DNA from: Sumerlaeia bacterium
Lineage (GTDB): Bacteria > Sumerlaeota > Sumerlaeia > SLMS01 > JAHLLQ01
Length of the DNA: 64,000 nt
Direction of reading: 5' to 3'
Assembly (NCBI GenBank): GCA_040219255.1
Contig: JAVJSW010000068.1
Span: 1 to 64,000, forward strand
The translations under genes and the position numbers were made by a program. Below are positions 36,253 through 45,830 of the stretch, in pieces. Positions within the stretch are counted from its first letter, which is position 1, and the number at the start of each line of letters is the position of its first letter. A model generated the notes under the pieces. It was not told the DNA's origin. It did no database searches and worked only from the letters and a program-made list of their open reading frames with translations.

Positions 36253-37508
36253 AAATCGCCATCGTCGGGGGGGGAATTTCGGGTCTGGTTTGCGCCTATC
36301 TGTTGCATGAAGAGCACGAAATCGTTCTCTTCGAAGCCAACGATTATGTCGGCGGACACACCAATACAATCGATGTCGAACGTGCCAGTGGAAGTGTCGA
36401 CGCGGTCGACACCGGTTTCATCGTTTTCAATGATTGGACCTATCCGAACTTCATCCGTCTTCTCGATCGCCTCGGCGTGGAGTCGCAGGATTCCAGCATG
36501 AGCTTTAGCGTCCGTTGCGAGAAGACCGGGCTCGAGTATAACGGAACCTCTCTCGACGCACTCTTCACGCAGCGGCGAAATCTCTTGCGTCCGCGCTTCT
36601 TGCGAATGATCCGCGACATCCTGCGCTTCAATAAAGAATCCGTGGAAAGCCTCGATTCTGGCGGATTGGACGATGGCATCAGTCTAATGGATTATGTTCG
36701 TCGGAATCGCTACTCCGACGCGTTCATCGAATACTATTTGATCCCCATCGGCTCTTCGATTTGGTCTTCGGATCCTCGTAACTTCGGTGTGATTCCAGCC
36801 CGCTTCTTTGTGGCTTTCCTTCGCAATCATGGCATGCTGACGGTCGATGCACGGCCGACTTGGCGAGTTGTCAAAGGGGGATCTCGACAGTATGTCCGCA
36901 GACTGCTGGACTTCTTCGGCGACCGGGTCCGCACAAGTTGCCCCGTTATGGAAGTTCGCCGAAGTGACAAGAGTGTCACGGTGACGACCGATCAACACGG
37001 AGCGGAGGAATACGATCATCTGATTTTCGCCAGCCACAGCAATCAATCCCTGCGAATGCTCGCCGACGCCACGGCCGCGGAGAAAACGATTCTGTCGGCG
37101 ATTCCGTATCAAGCCAACGATACAGTCCTCCACACCGATTCAAGTATTCTGCCTCGCCGGAAGAAGGCCTGGGCGTCATGGAACTATCACAGGCTGAGCC
37201 AAGATCGGAACCAGGTGGCTTTGACTTACAACATGAATATCTTGCAATCGTTGTCGACGGACAGAACGTATTGCGTCACGCTGAATCATCGCGAAGCGGT
37301 GGATCGGAGCGCGATCCTGAAAGAATTCGTCTATCACCATCCCGTCTATACCTCTGACTCGACACGGGCTCAGGATCGCTGGGAGGAAATTTCCGGTGTT
37401 GATCGGACGCACTATTGCGGCGCCTATTGGGGGAACGGCTTTCACGAAGACGGCGTCAACAGCGCGCTGCGCGTTTGTGACTTCTTCGGCAAGTCGCTCG
37501 TTCAATGA
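36249..37508 (+). CDS. FAD-dependent oxidoreductase (amine oxidase-like, cfa-cluster type)
   Basis: MKIAIVGGGISG, GGHTNT, VDTGFIVFN..TYPNF, GAYWGNGFHEDG. Confidence 0.93.
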   Translation: MKIAIVGGGISGLVCAYLLHEEHEIVLFEANDYVGGHTNTIDVERASGSVDAVDTGFIVFNDWTYPNFIRLLDRLGVESQDSSMSFSVRCEKTGLEYNGTSLDALFTQRRNLLRPRFLRMIRDILRFNKESVESLDSGGLDDGISLMDYVRRNRYSDAFIEYYLIPIGSSIWSSDPRNFGVIPARFFVAFLRNHGMLTVDARPTWRVVKGGSRQYVRRLLDFFGDRVRTSCPVMEVRRSDKSVTVTTDQHGAEEYDHLIFASHSNQSLRMLADATAAEKTILSAIPYQANDTVLHTDSSILPRRKKAWASWNYHRLSQDRNQVALTYNMNILQSLSTDRTYCVTLNHREAVDRSAILKEFVYHHPVYTSDSTRAQDRWEEISGVDRTHYCGAYWGNGFHEDGVNSALRVCDFFGKSLVQ

Positions 37509-38338
37509 AAAGCGCGCTCTACCTGGGATGGATCAGACATCGGAGAGAGGCTGTCATTGAGCATGCCTTTCGGTACAATCTCTTCATGGTTTATCTCGAT
37601 CTCGCGGAAATCGATCGCTTCCTTTCGTTGACTCCGCTGTGGTCCGCATTCCGGTGGGCGCCGGCCCGGTTCGACCGTCGCGACTACCATGGGCCTGCGA
37701 GCCTGCCGCTGGATGAAGCGGTCCGCCAAACGGTGGAGCGGGAAGCCGGACGAAAGCCTGGCGGGCCGATCCGTCTTCTGACCCACTTCCGCTACTTCGG
37801 TTATCTGTTCAATCCGGTCAGCTTCTATTTCTGTTACGATGCGGCCGATGAGCGGGTCGAATTTATTCTGGCGGAGATCACCAATACCCCTTGGAAAGAG
37901 CGCCACAGTTATGTTCTCGTTCCCGGCAAGACAGCGTCGCCAGGGAGCGTGATGCGCTTCGAAATGGCCAAGACCTTCCATGTCTCGCCGTTCCTTCCAA
38001 TGGAACAAATTTACCATTGGACATTTTCCGAACCCTCGGACCGTCTTCTGGTTCATATGGAGAACTATGAGGAAGACCGTTGCGTTTTCGATGCCACGTT
38101 GTCGATGTCTCGCAAAGAAATTACGCCCCGCGTTCTCAATCTCACTCTTTTGACCTATCCCTTCATGACCGCCAAAGTCATCGTAGGGATTTATTGGAAC
38201 GCGTTGAAGTTGAAGTGGAAGGGGGCTCGATTCTACCCCCATCCAGATCCCGATCTATTGCAGGAGGACAGCCCATGTCCGAGTCCATTGTCCCACAACC
38301 AGCCACCATCCAAACACCTTCCCGAAACGACTGGATGA
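37505..38338 (+). CDS. DUF1365 family protein
   Basis: HRR..HAFRY, GYLFNPVSFYFC, EITNTPWKERH.Y, KTFHVSPF. Confidence 0.93.
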   Translation: MKSALYLGWIRHRREAVIEHAFRYNLFMVYLDLAEIDRFLSLTPLWSAFRWAPARFDRRDYHGPASLPLDEAVRQTVEREAGRKPGGPIRLLTHFRYFGYLFNPVSFYFCYDAADERVEFILAEITNTPWKERHSYVLVPGKTASPGSVMRFEMAKTFHVSPFLPMEQIYHWTFSEPSDRLLVHMENYEEDRCVFDATLSMSRKEITPRVLNLTLLTYPFMTAKVIVGIYWNALKLKWKGARFYPHPDPDLLQEDSPCPSPLSHNQPPSKHLPETTG

Positions 38339-39552
38339 ACGGCCTTTTCAAGAAGGCGATCCTTAAGGCCTTGTCTCAATTGCAATGGGGCCGTATCGTC
38401 CTCGTCGAATCATTGGAAACACATTCCCTTGGTTCCGCAGATGTGGGCCCGAACGTGCAGCTCACGGTCCACAATGACCGGTTTTATGAAAGCGTCGCCT
38501 TGCGGGGTTCTGTCGGTGCGGGTGAATCGTATATGGCTGGCGACTGGACGTGCTCAAATTTGACGGAGCTGACTCGAATATTCGTCCGGAACTACGACGT
38601 CCTGAACCAAGTCGACTCGTCCTGGCTGAACAGTCTTAGCCGCGAGGTCCTGCGGCTATATCACCGCATGCGCTCGAATACCCGAAGCGGCAGCCGCAAA
38701 AACATCGCGGCCCATTACGATCTGGGGAACGACTTCTATTCGCTGTTTCTGGATGAGACGATGACCTATTCGGCTGGCCTTTTCGCCACGCCGGAATCAA
38801 CGCTCAAGGAGGCTTCCGTCGCCAAGTTGGATCGCATTTGCAAAAAGCTCGACCTTCGACCGTCGGATCATTTGCTAGAAATCGGCACCGGGTGGGGGAG
38901 TTTCGCTTTGCATGCCGCCAGGCACTACGGTTGCCGCGTGACGACAACGACCATTTCCGGCGAGCAATATGCCTATGCGAAGACTCTCATCGAGAAGGAA
39001 GGTCTGACCGATCAAGTCAATCTCTTGCTGTCCGATTACCGCGACCTGAACGGACAGTTCGACAAAATTGCCTCGATCGAAATGATCGAAGCCGTTGGAT
39101 GGCGGTATTATCGAACGTTCATGAAGAAGTGCTGCGACTTGCTTGCTTCCGACGGGTTGCTGGCCATGCAGGCAATCACCATTCAAGATCAATACTATGA
39201 TAGCGCAAGGAAATCGGTGGACTTCATCCAGCGCTACATTTTCCCCGGCTGCTGCATTCCCTCCACCACCGCGCTCATCGACGCGGCAACATCGGCGTCC
39301 CAACTCAAACTGTCTCACTTCGAAGACATGACGCCCCACTACGCCCGGACGCTTGCCACATGGCGGGAACGGTTTCTGGCCCGGCAGGAGGATGTGCGGG
39401 CTCTCGGATTCGGGGACGAATTCATCCGCATGTGGGAATTCTATCTGTGTTATTGCGAGGGCGGTTTCACGGAAAGACACATTGGATCCGTACAAATGCT
39501 GTTCGCCAAACGCGACAATCGCCGCGCTCCCATCCTTGCCCCAATTCAATGA
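38275..39552 (+). CDS. cfa: Cyclopropane-fatty-acyl-phospholipid synthase family methyltransferase
   Basis: AGGAGG RBS; NIAAHYDLGNDFY, LEIGTGWG, SIEMIEAVG, FIQRYIFPG, WEFYLCYCEGGF. Confidence 0.93.
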   Translation: MSESIVPQPATIQTPSRNDWMNGLFKKAILKALSQLQWGRIVLVESLETHSLGSADVGPNVQLTVHNDRFYESVALRGSVGAGESYMAGDWTCSNLTELTRIFVRNYDVLNQVDSSWLNSLSREVLRLYHRMRSNTRSGSRKNIAAHYDLGNDFYSLFLDETMTYSAGLFATPESTLKEASVAKLDRICKKLDLRPSDHLLEIGTGWGSFALHAARHYGCRVTTTTISGEQYAYAKTLIEKEGLTDQVNLLLSDYRDLNGQFDKIASIEMIEAVGWRYYRTFMKKCCDLLASDGLLAMQAITIQDQYYDSARKSVDFIQRYIFPGCCIPSTTALIDAATSASQLKLSHFEDMTPHYARTLATWRERFLARQEDVRALGFGDEFIRMWEFYLCYCEGGFTERHIGSVQMLFAKRDNRRAPILAPIQ

Positions 39553-40109
39553 AACGATCCGACCTGATCAACGCGGCGGGATTCCAAGCCGGATGGTGGC
39601 TGACGATCTTGGGGGCGGCCCACGGACTCCCGTGGCTGGGGCCGCTAGCAGTGTTTCCTCTAATCGGCCTGCATCTCGTCTATTTCTCGTCCCGCCCGCG
39701 AAGCGAGTTGGCCTTTATCAGCCTTTGCACGGCGGCCGGTTTCGCCATCGATTCCGCCATTTTTGCCGCTGGTATCGCACAAGCAACGAATCCCATGGTT
39801 CCCGGTTGGCCCATATGTCCGCTCTGGCTATTGGGATTGTGGTTTCTCTTTCCCGCAACGCTTAGCTACTCGCTTGGCTGGCTTATCGGACGCCCGTTGC
39901 TTCAGGTCCTCTTCGGAGCCTTCGGCGGAGCGACGTCCTATATCGCAGGCGTCCAACTGGGCGCGCTTTCATTTCCCTCCGGATGGTGGGCCGGCGCGCT
40001 GACGTATGCCATCGTCTGGAGCTTTCTTCTGCCCGCTCTCTACGCATTGTCCGGGTGGCTGAGTCCTCTTTCAGAGCCGGTTCTTGATGGTCCGAATGAG
40101 GCCGCCTAG
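39549..40109 (+). CDS. DUF2878 family membrane protein
   Basis: NAAGFQAGW, PLWLLGLW..F..TL..SL.WL, GAFGG..SY.AG. Confidence 0.88.
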   Translation: MKRSDLINAAGFQAGWWLTILGAAHGLPWLGPLAVFPLIGLHLVYFSSRPRSELAFISLCTAAGFAIDSAIFAAGIAQATNPMVPGWPICPLWLLGLWFLFPATLSYSLGWLIGRPLLQVLFGAFGGATSYIAGVQLGALSFPSGWWAGALTYAIVWSFLLPALYALSGWLSPLSEPVLDGPNEAA

Positions 40110-40484
40110 AACGGGCACTCGCTCGTAAATCAGCTTTCCCAGATCGAAATAGTCGTGGTGGTAGATGATCTTGTCGCCGAACTCCAGATAGCTCGCCCCG
40201 GGCACTTGCACGGTTTCTTTCGGCTTGAGCTTTCCATGGCGCAAATGCATCACCCAACACAATGTCGCCGCATTGCCAGAAGCGATCTCATGCGTAAATT
40301 CAAACCGGCATTCCTCGACCCCATCATAGAGGTCGCGGAAATAGGCCTTCAGATTTTCCAAGCCCTGGATCTCCTTCACGGGATCGACAAATCGAATCGC
40401 GGGATCATACAACTCATCGGCCAGATTCACATTCGTGGCATCGAGTTGGTTATAGATGGTCTTGAATCGGTCAATAGGGGTCAT
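40071..40484 (-). CDS. SnoaL/NTF2-like protein
   Basis: GAGG RBS; LY...IRFVDP, G..NL..YF, HHDYFD.G..IYERVPVLG. Confidence 0.88.
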   Translation of the reverse strand: MTPIDRFKTIYNQLDATNVNLADELYDPAIRFVDPVKEIQGLENLKAYFRDLYDGVEECRFEFTHEIASGNAATLCWVMHLRHGKLKPKETVQVPGASYLEFGDKIIYHHDYFDLGKLIYERVPVLGGLIRTIKNRL

Positions 40485-40656
40485 TCCTCGTCCTTTCGCG
40501 GCGCGGGTCGCCGCGCCATTCTGATGGGAGCACGCGGCGGGCCAACTCTTGCTGGCGGTGTTGGGCCTTGCCAAGCCCCCCTCCCCTGGCACATGGTCTT
40601 TCCCCCGTTCAGACCGCAAGGCCGGGCGGCCAAACCGACGACGAAAGCGACCCCCG

Positions 40657-41812
40657 ATGGCTGGAGCCACGCACACCCTGTCCGATACGATTTCCACGCT
40701 CGAGGCCATCGCCGCGGCCTGCGAGCAGAACCGGAGGTGTCTTTGACTTTGCTGGCAAACACCAGCAAATCGAAGCCCTGGAAGTCGAAACGCAGCATCC
40801 CGAATTCTGGAACGACAACGACCGCGCCCAGGAAACGATGCGCAAGATCAATGAATTGAAGGCTGTCGTTGAGCCATGGGAAGCGCTGGAAAGCGAAGCC
40901 CGCGAGAATCTGGAAATGGCGCATTTGCTCAAAGAAGAAAGCGCCGACGACACGGGAGACGACGCGGTGTCGCTGGCCGAGCTGACCAACGAGTTGGAGA
41001 AGCGCCACGAAAAGCTGGAAATCGAGGCCATGCTCTCCGACGAGGAAGACCGGCTGAATTGCTACCTGCAGATCCAGGCCGGCGCCGGCGGCACGGAAGC
41101 CCAGGACTGGGCGCAAATCCTGATGCGCATGTACATGCGATGGGCCGAACGCAAAGGCTTCAAGGTCGAAGTGGTGGATGTGTCCGAGGGCACGGAAGCG
41201 GGCATCCAGAGCGCTGAACTGCACATCGAAGGCTACAACGCCTACGGACTTCTGAAGGCGGAGAACGGCACCCACCGCCTCGTCCGCATCAGCCCCTACA
41301 ACGCCCAGGGCAAGCGCCAGACCTCCTTCGCCGCCGTCTTCGCCAGCCCCGAGGTGGACGATCAGATCGAAATCGACATCGGCGTGAAGGACAAGGACTG
41401 GCGCATCGACACCTTCCGCGCCAGCGGCAAGGGCGGCCAGAAGGTCAACAAGACCTCCTCGGCGGTGCGCGTCGTGCACTTTCCCACGAACACGATCGTC
41501 AGTTGCCAGAACGAGCGCTCGTTTCACCAGAACCGCGACCTGGCCTTTCAGATTCTGCGTTCGCGCCTGTACCAACTCGAGTTGGACAAACGCAACGCGG
41601 TGCGCCAGGCGAAGGAAGCGGAGAAGAGCGACATCAATTTCGGCAGCGCCATCCGCAGCTACATCCTGCAGCCCTACACGCTGGTTCGCGACGAACGGAG
41701 CGCTATCAAAGTCACCGACGCCCACGCCGTTCTCGACGGCGATCTGGACGAATTGATCGAGGGCTACCTGAAGATGAAGCAGACGAACCAGACCGGTATC
41801 GGAGCGGGTTAG
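40657..41812 (+). CDS. prfB: Peptide chain release factor 2 (programmed +1 frameshift)
   Basis: The short ORF MAGATH...RRCL* joins the +1 frame at CTT TGA C (40741-40747); GAGGTEAQDW, SPY and GGQ motifs. Confidence 0.97.
40733..40747 (+). promoter_or_regulatory. prfB frameshift site with internal Shine-Dalgarno
   Basis: GGAGGTGT CTT TGA C, the canonical RF2 autoregulatory signal. Confidence 0.95.
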
Positions 41813-42810
41813 GACGGCGCCTTTTCGAAGTCGCCGGACCGCAGGGAAATGGCCGGCAGTTCCTCCTCCTTGCGGCTCGCCCGCTCGTCCAGCCACTCTT
41901 CCAGTTTGGGCGACAGCATCTGGAAGAGCTCTCGCATGGCGGGGGTTACGATCTTGTCCTCGCGCATCAGGATGCCGACCTCGGTACTGCCCACCGAGTC
42001 CGCCAGGTTCAGGATTTCCAGTTCCCGGCGATTGTTCACCAGGGCCGTTTCCGGAACGATGCCGACGCCCATGCCGGCTTCCACATAGCAGCAAATGATT
42101 TCCGAATTCGTCGTGATCATCCGCACGTTGTCGTGATGGGCGATCTTGCGCCGGTGGAACGCCGCGTCCACCCGGGCGCGGTCGTCGCGCCGGCTCATGT
42201 CGTGGATCAGCATGATCAGCGGGTGCCCGGACAAATCCTCCAGCGTCACCTTCTCTTTCGCCCCCAGCGGATGGCCCTTCGGCGCGATGCCGATCAGTTT
42301 GGAACGCTTCCAGACAGTGTACTCCAGGCCCGATCCTTCCGGCGGATGGGTGCCGATGCCGAAATCGATCTCGCCCCTCCGCACCATGGCTTCCACTTCC
42401 TCGGGGTTGGCGGCTCGCATTTCGATCTGCATGTCTGGATAGCGATCGGCGAATTCCTTGAGGGGCTCGACGATGCGGTGCAGGATCACCAGTTCGGTGG
42501 CGGCGAAGGCCAGCCGCGATTGTCCCAGCGAGTGGAACATCGTGCGCCACTGGCGGATGCGCTGATGGAATTCGATGGCTTCTTTCAGGAATAGATTGCC
42601 CTCGCGGGTCAGCGTCACGTGAACGGCTCCGGGCGAGCGGTTGTACAGCGTCACTCCAAGTTCTTTTTCGAGGGACTTGATCCGGTACTGGAGCGTTTCC
42701 GGCGTCACATAGTCGTCCTCGTCCGAGTCGAAGTAGAGCATTTCCGCAGCCCGGGCGAAGTTTCCGTGACGGCTCAAATAGATGATGGCTTCCAACTGTT
42801 TGTGGTTCAT
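41809..42810 (-). CDS. LysR-family transcriptional regulator
   Basis: MNHKQLE..GNFARAAE..IKSLEKELGVTLYNR..LTREG; GEIDFGI; VEAGMGVGIVP. Confidence 0.9.
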   Translation of the reverse strand: MNHKQLEAIIYLSRHGNFARAAEMLYFDSDEDDYVTPETLQYRIKSLEKELGVTLYNRSPGAVHVTLTREGNLFLKEAIEFHQRIRQWRTMFHSLGQSRLAFAATELVILHRIVEPLKEFADRYPDMQIEMRAANPEEVEAMVRRGEIDFGIGTHPPEGSGLEYTVWKRSKLIGIAPKGHPLGAKEKVTLEDLSGHPLIMLIHDMSRRDDRARVDAAFHRRKIAHHDNVRMITTNSEIICCYVEAGMGVGIVPETALVNNRRELEILNLADSVGSTEVGILMREDKIVTPAMRELFQMLSPKLEEWLDERASRKEEELPAISLRSGDFEKAPS

Positions 42811-43011
42811 GGCACAGCTCGGTGAGGAAAGTTTCTTGGAGGATAACTGGGCTTTTCCACAGGCGCTCGCAATCGTTCCAGGAAAAAACACCTCCTCTTA
42901 AGCGATTTTTGAGGCCCGCACAATCGATAGGTTGTCTTTTGGCCTCCCGCTCCATACAAATCCCATCCTAACAGCCCCTCGAATGGGACTCCTCAAGCGA
43001 AGGACGGCCGA

Positions 43012-44568
43012 GTGACCACCGAAAGCGCCGAACAGCCCCGCCGCGCCGCCACTCTCGCCGAGGCGTTTTTGCCCCTCGCCGCCGTGGCGATTCTCTTGCC
43101 TGTGGGTTACGGCGTCCTCGGCCTCAACGTCGAAGTGCTTCTCATCGCCGCCGCCGTCATCGCCGGATTGGTCGGTCTTCGGCTCGGTTATACCTATCGC
43201 GAGATGCAGGACGGTATCAACGAAACGCTGCACAAGAGCATGACCGCCCTTCTGATCGTCATCGTGGTCGGGGCGCTGATCGCCGCATGGATCGCCTGTG
43301 GCACGATCCCGATGCTGATTTACTACGGCCTCAAGATCATCGCGCCCCAGTTCCTCCTGGTGACCGCCTGCATCGTTTGCAGCCTGGTTTCGCTGATGAC
43401 CGGTACCTCCTGGGGAACGGTCGGCACGGTGGGACTGGCGCTGATGGGAATCGCCCATGGCATGGGTTATCCCCTCGCCCCCGCCGCAGGAGCCATCATC
43501 GCCGGGGCCTATTTCGGCGATAAGCTCTCCCTCTTCTCCGACACCACGAACCTCGCCCCCGCGGCGGCCAAGACCAACATCTACGATCACGTCGGGCACA
43601 TGATCTGGACCACGGCGCCAGCCTATGTGGTGGGGCTTGTGATCTACCTGTTCCTGGGCCTGGGCCATGCCGGCAACGGCGCCAGCGACCAGGTCCGAGA
43701 ACTCTCCGAAGGCCTCGCCGCCACCTTCCGCATCACTGGCCTGTGGGCCATTCCGCTCGCCATTCCGCCGGTGATTACGCTGGGCGCGGCAGTCATGAAA
43801 AAGCCGGTTATTCCTTCAATGTTGTTGTCCTGCGTGGTGGCGTGGGTTCTGGCTGTCGCGATTCAGGGCGACGCGCCCATCGCCCGTCCCTACGTCACCG
43901 CCGACCGCGTGGAATTCGCCAACGCCCAGACCTACGGCGCGCTCTTTGGCGAAGGGGAAATCGCCGCCGTGCGAGACAAGCTGCAACTCGACAGTTGGAC
44001 GCTCTTCCACCCGCTGTGGGCCATGGTGAAGGGGTACGAAATCAAGACCGGTACCGCGTCGGTGGATGCGCTCCTCTCTCGCGGCGGCATGATTTCCATG
44101 ATGGACACCTTTCTGCTGGCCCTGACGGCGTTCGCTTTCGCCGGGATTCTCAGCGTCACCGGCATGCTCAAGACCATCCTCGACGCGCTCCTCAAGCTCG
44201 CTTCGACCACTGGCCGGCTGGTTCTCTCCACGGCTTTGTCCTGCATGACCATCGCGCTCTGCACGGGCAGCAGCTATCTCTCGATTCTGCTGCCCGGCGA
44301 ACTCTTCGCCCCCGCCTACCGCGAGCGCGGTCTGGCCGCCAAGAACCTGTCCCGAACCACGGAAGACTGCGGCACCGTGATCGTGCCCCTCATTCCCTGG
44401 AGCGTCGCCGGTGCCTACATGTCCGGTATCCTCGGCGTCCCCGTCCTCTCCTACGCGCCCTTCGCCTTCATGTGCTACCTCGGTGCCGTGTTCGCCGTTC
44501 TTTACGGCTTCACCGGCTTCAAAATCGCCCCCCGCGTCAAAGACGATGAAACCCAGACTGGAAGCTGA
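43012..44568 (+). CDS. nhaC: NhaC-family Na+/H+ antiporter
   Basis: TGTSWGTVGTVG, GAYFGDKLS..SDTTNLA, LSRGGM, LSRTTED.GT..LIPW. Confidence 0.93.
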   Translation: MTTESAEQPRRAATLAEAFLPLAAVAILLPVGYGVLGLNVEVLLIAAAVIAGLVGLRLGYTYREMQDGINETLHKSMTALLIVIVVGALIAAWIACGTIPMLIYYGLKIIAPQFLLVTACIVCSLVSLMTGTSWGTVGTVGLALMGIAHGMGYPLAPAAGAIIAGAYFGDKLSLFSDTTNLAPAAAKTNIYDHVGHMIWTTAPAYVVGLVIYLFLGLGHAGNGASDQVRELSEGLAATFRITGLWAIPLAIPPVITLGAAVMKKPVIPSMLLSCVVAWVLAVAIQGDAPIARPYVTADRVEFANAQTYGALFGEGEIAAVRDKLQLDSWTLFHPLWAMVKGYEIKTGTASVDALLSRGGMISMMDTFLLALTAFAFAGILSVTGMLKTILDALLKLASTTGRLVLSTALSCMTIALCTGSSYLSILLPGELFAPAYRERGLAAKNLSRTTEDCGTVIVPLIPWSVAGAYMSGILGVPVLSYAPFAFMCYLGAVFAVLYGFTGFKIAPRVKDDETQTGS

Positions 44569-44575
44569 TCGATCG

Positions 44576-45742
44576 ATGCAGACCACCCAATTATTGTCCA
44601 CCTGCCAGGCCCTGCTGGAAACGCCCACCGCTCCGTTTCAGGAACGGTGGCTGGCGAACACGTTGCGCGGCCTCTTGAACGGCGTCGCGGGGCTTTCGAT
44701 CCAGCAGGACCGCTGGGGCAATATCGCCGCTCGACTCGATCCGCCCAGCCAATCGCCCGCCGCCGCGGCCGAACCCCTCGTCCTCGTCGCCCACATGGAC
44801 CACCCGGGCTTCGTGCTCGACGGCCCCAAGCGCGCCAGCCGCCTGCTGAGCGGCACCTTCGAGGGCCGCGTCTTCGACGAGTACTTCGAAGGCTCACCTG
44901 CCGTGCGCATCTATCGCACCGCCAACGATCCCGGCGTCCCCGGCCGGGTGCGCGAATACAGCGAACGGGGCGGCGCCGACGACAACCGCTCCGTCGTCAT
45001 CGAAGCCGAGGAACCCGTCAGCGAAGCCGTCCTGGCCATGTGGGACGTGGAGCCCTACGCCCTGCGCGATGGCCTGATCCGCGGCCGGGCCTGCGACGAT
45101 CTGTGCGGCGTGGCGGCGATCGTGGAAGCCCTGCGCCAACTCGCAACTAACCCTGGCGCCCTGGCGTGCCCGGTGATCGGGCTCTTCACGCGGGCCGAGG
45201 AAACGGGCTTCTGCGGCGCGCTGCTGCTCGCCAGCAGCCCCGAACGCGAGGCCATGCTGCCCCTCGACTCCGCCGTCATCTCCGTCGAAATCAGCAGCCT
45301 GCGCCCCGGCATGAGCCTCGGCGAAGGCGCCATCTTGCGCGTCGGCGACAAAGCCGGCTCCTTCGACTCGGAACTCCTGGGCCGCCTCTGGGGCAGCCTG
45401 CTCGGCGACGATGGCATGACGCCCCGCCTGCCGGTGCACCGGGCGCTGATGGACGGCGGCACCTGCGAAGCCACCGCGTTTATCGCCCAAGGTTATCGCT
45501 CCGCCGGGGTCTGCGCCCCCGTCGTCAACTACCACAACATGATCGCCGAGCGCCCCGGTCATGTCGCGGCCGAGGTCGTCTCCGCCAGCGACCTGCAAGC
45601 CCTGAGCGACATGATGGTCGTCTTTGGCCGTCATCTGGCTCCGACCACGGTGCATCGCGAGCAGTTGCGCGGGCGAATGGAGATCCTCGCCGACCGGGGC
45701 AGGCGCCGCCTCAACCCCGGTGGCGACGCCTCCTCCGCCTAG
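44576..45742 (+). CDS. M20/M28/M42-family metallopeptidase
   Basis: AHMDH, RACDD, RAEE, GGTCEA, NYHN. Confidence 0.85.
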   Translation: MQTTQLLSTCQALLETPTAPFQERWLANTLRGLLNGVAGLSIQQDRWGNIAARLDPPSQSPAAAAEPLVLVAHMDHPGFVLDGPKRASRLLSGTFEGRVFDEYFEGSPAVRIYRTANDPGVPGRVREYSERGGADDNRSVVIEAEEPVSEAVLAMWDVEPYALRDGLIRGRACDDLCGVAAIVEALRQLATNPGALACPVIGLFTRAEETGFCGALLLASSPEREAMLPLDSAVISVEISSLRPGMSLGEGAILRVGDKAGSFDSELLGRLWGSLLGDDGMTPRLPVHRALMDGGTCEATAFIAQGYRSAGVCAPVVNYHNMIAERPGHVAAEVVSASDLQALSDMMVVFGRHLAPTTVHREQLRGRMEILADRGRRRLNPGGDASSA

Positions 45743-45830
45743 GCCCATTTTGTCGACAAGTTTTCAACGCGCTGCCGAGAAGGAGTGCTTGAGAAAAAAG
45801 AAAACCCAAACCCCACGGAGGAACCCTCCC

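Noticed and set aside
40481-42955. 824-aa minus-strand ORF
   Set aside because: Off-frame to the LysR gene and antisense to prfB; no coherent domain.
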